From the IMG/VR virus record IMGVR_UViG_2671180283_000015: a stretch of 5,266 bases of DNA; one strand, 5' to 3'. Origin of the DNA: a virus (taxonomy: Duplodnaviria; Heunggongvirae; Uroviricota; Caudoviricetes). The notes below the pieces were generated by a model that had not been told where the DNA came from, did no database searches, and saw nothing but the letters and a program-made list of their open reading frames with translations. Positions 5,212 to 5,266 of this stretch are shown piece after piece (the first letter of the stretch is position 1; every line of letters begins with the position of its first letter). The translations under genes were made by a program, and so were the position numbers.

Positions 5212-5266
5212 ATTTATTGGTGAGTACTACGTTCCATGGCAGGAGTTCATCAACTCGGTTGGAAGG
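5210..5266 (-). CDS. Possible 3' end of an upstream nin-region gene (partial, enters from the window edge)
   Basis: The minus-strand frame is open from the window edge (translation ...PSNRVDELLPWNVVLTNK) and ends at TAA at 5212..5210. Only 18 codons are visible, too few to judge coding. Confidence 0.25.
   Translation of the reverse strand, partial: PSNRVDELLPWNVVLTNK

Larger units (their letters stand above)
1..5266 (-). mobile_element. Lambdoid prophage segment: nin region, Q, late promoter, accessory genes and tRNAs
   Basis: Co-oriented RusA, Q-family antiterminator, lambda-like pR' core, phage-type rare-codon tRNAs and an orphan methyltransferase, in the order typical of lambdoid phages. 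No integrase or att site lies in the window, so the element boundaries are not visible. Confidence 0.8.

Noticed and set aside
4954-5223. Plus-strand 89-aa ORF across the HNH-like gene start and the intergenic inverted repeats
   Set aside because: It is antisense to the GGAGG-GTG start region of the HNH-like gene and spans non-coding hairpins; the translation is low-complexity and Arg/Ser/Thr-rich.
1-5266. CRISPR array or a restriction endonuclease partner for the methyltransferase
   Set aside because: There are no regularly spaced direct repeats and no additional unassigned ORF next to the methyltransferase; the methyltransferase is treated as an orphan within this window.

Overview
This window reads as the late-regulatory segment of a lambdoid prophage from an E. 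coli-like enterobacterium, with every supported gene on the minus strand. In transcription order (high to low coordinates): the 3' end of an upstream gene, a 352-aa nin-region protein with an HNH-like Cys/His motif, a RusA Holliday-junction resolvase, a lambda-family Q antiterminator, a pR'-type late promoter whose -10 and pause element match lambda almost exactly, an intrinsic terminator about 45-65 nt into the leader, a 65-aa ORF, a second terminator, a leader with a perfect 12-bp palindrome, an orphan N6-adenine-type DNA methyltransferase, tRNA(CAU), a tRNA-like remnant, tRNA-Arg(UCU), an AT-rich rare-codon-rich cargo slot with one doubtful ORF, and about 430 bp of noncoding DNA with GC-rich hairpins. 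I found no stx genes, no restriction endonuclease partner and no CRISPR array. The most unusual part is the stretch between Q and the tRNAs: a small ORF bracketed by two terminators, a palindromic leader, and a methyltransferase with a weak ribosome-binding site, all apparently gated by Q antitermination. No searches or folding tools were run; identifications rest on motifs read from the translations and on recalled lambda and E. coli sequences, and are flagged as such.
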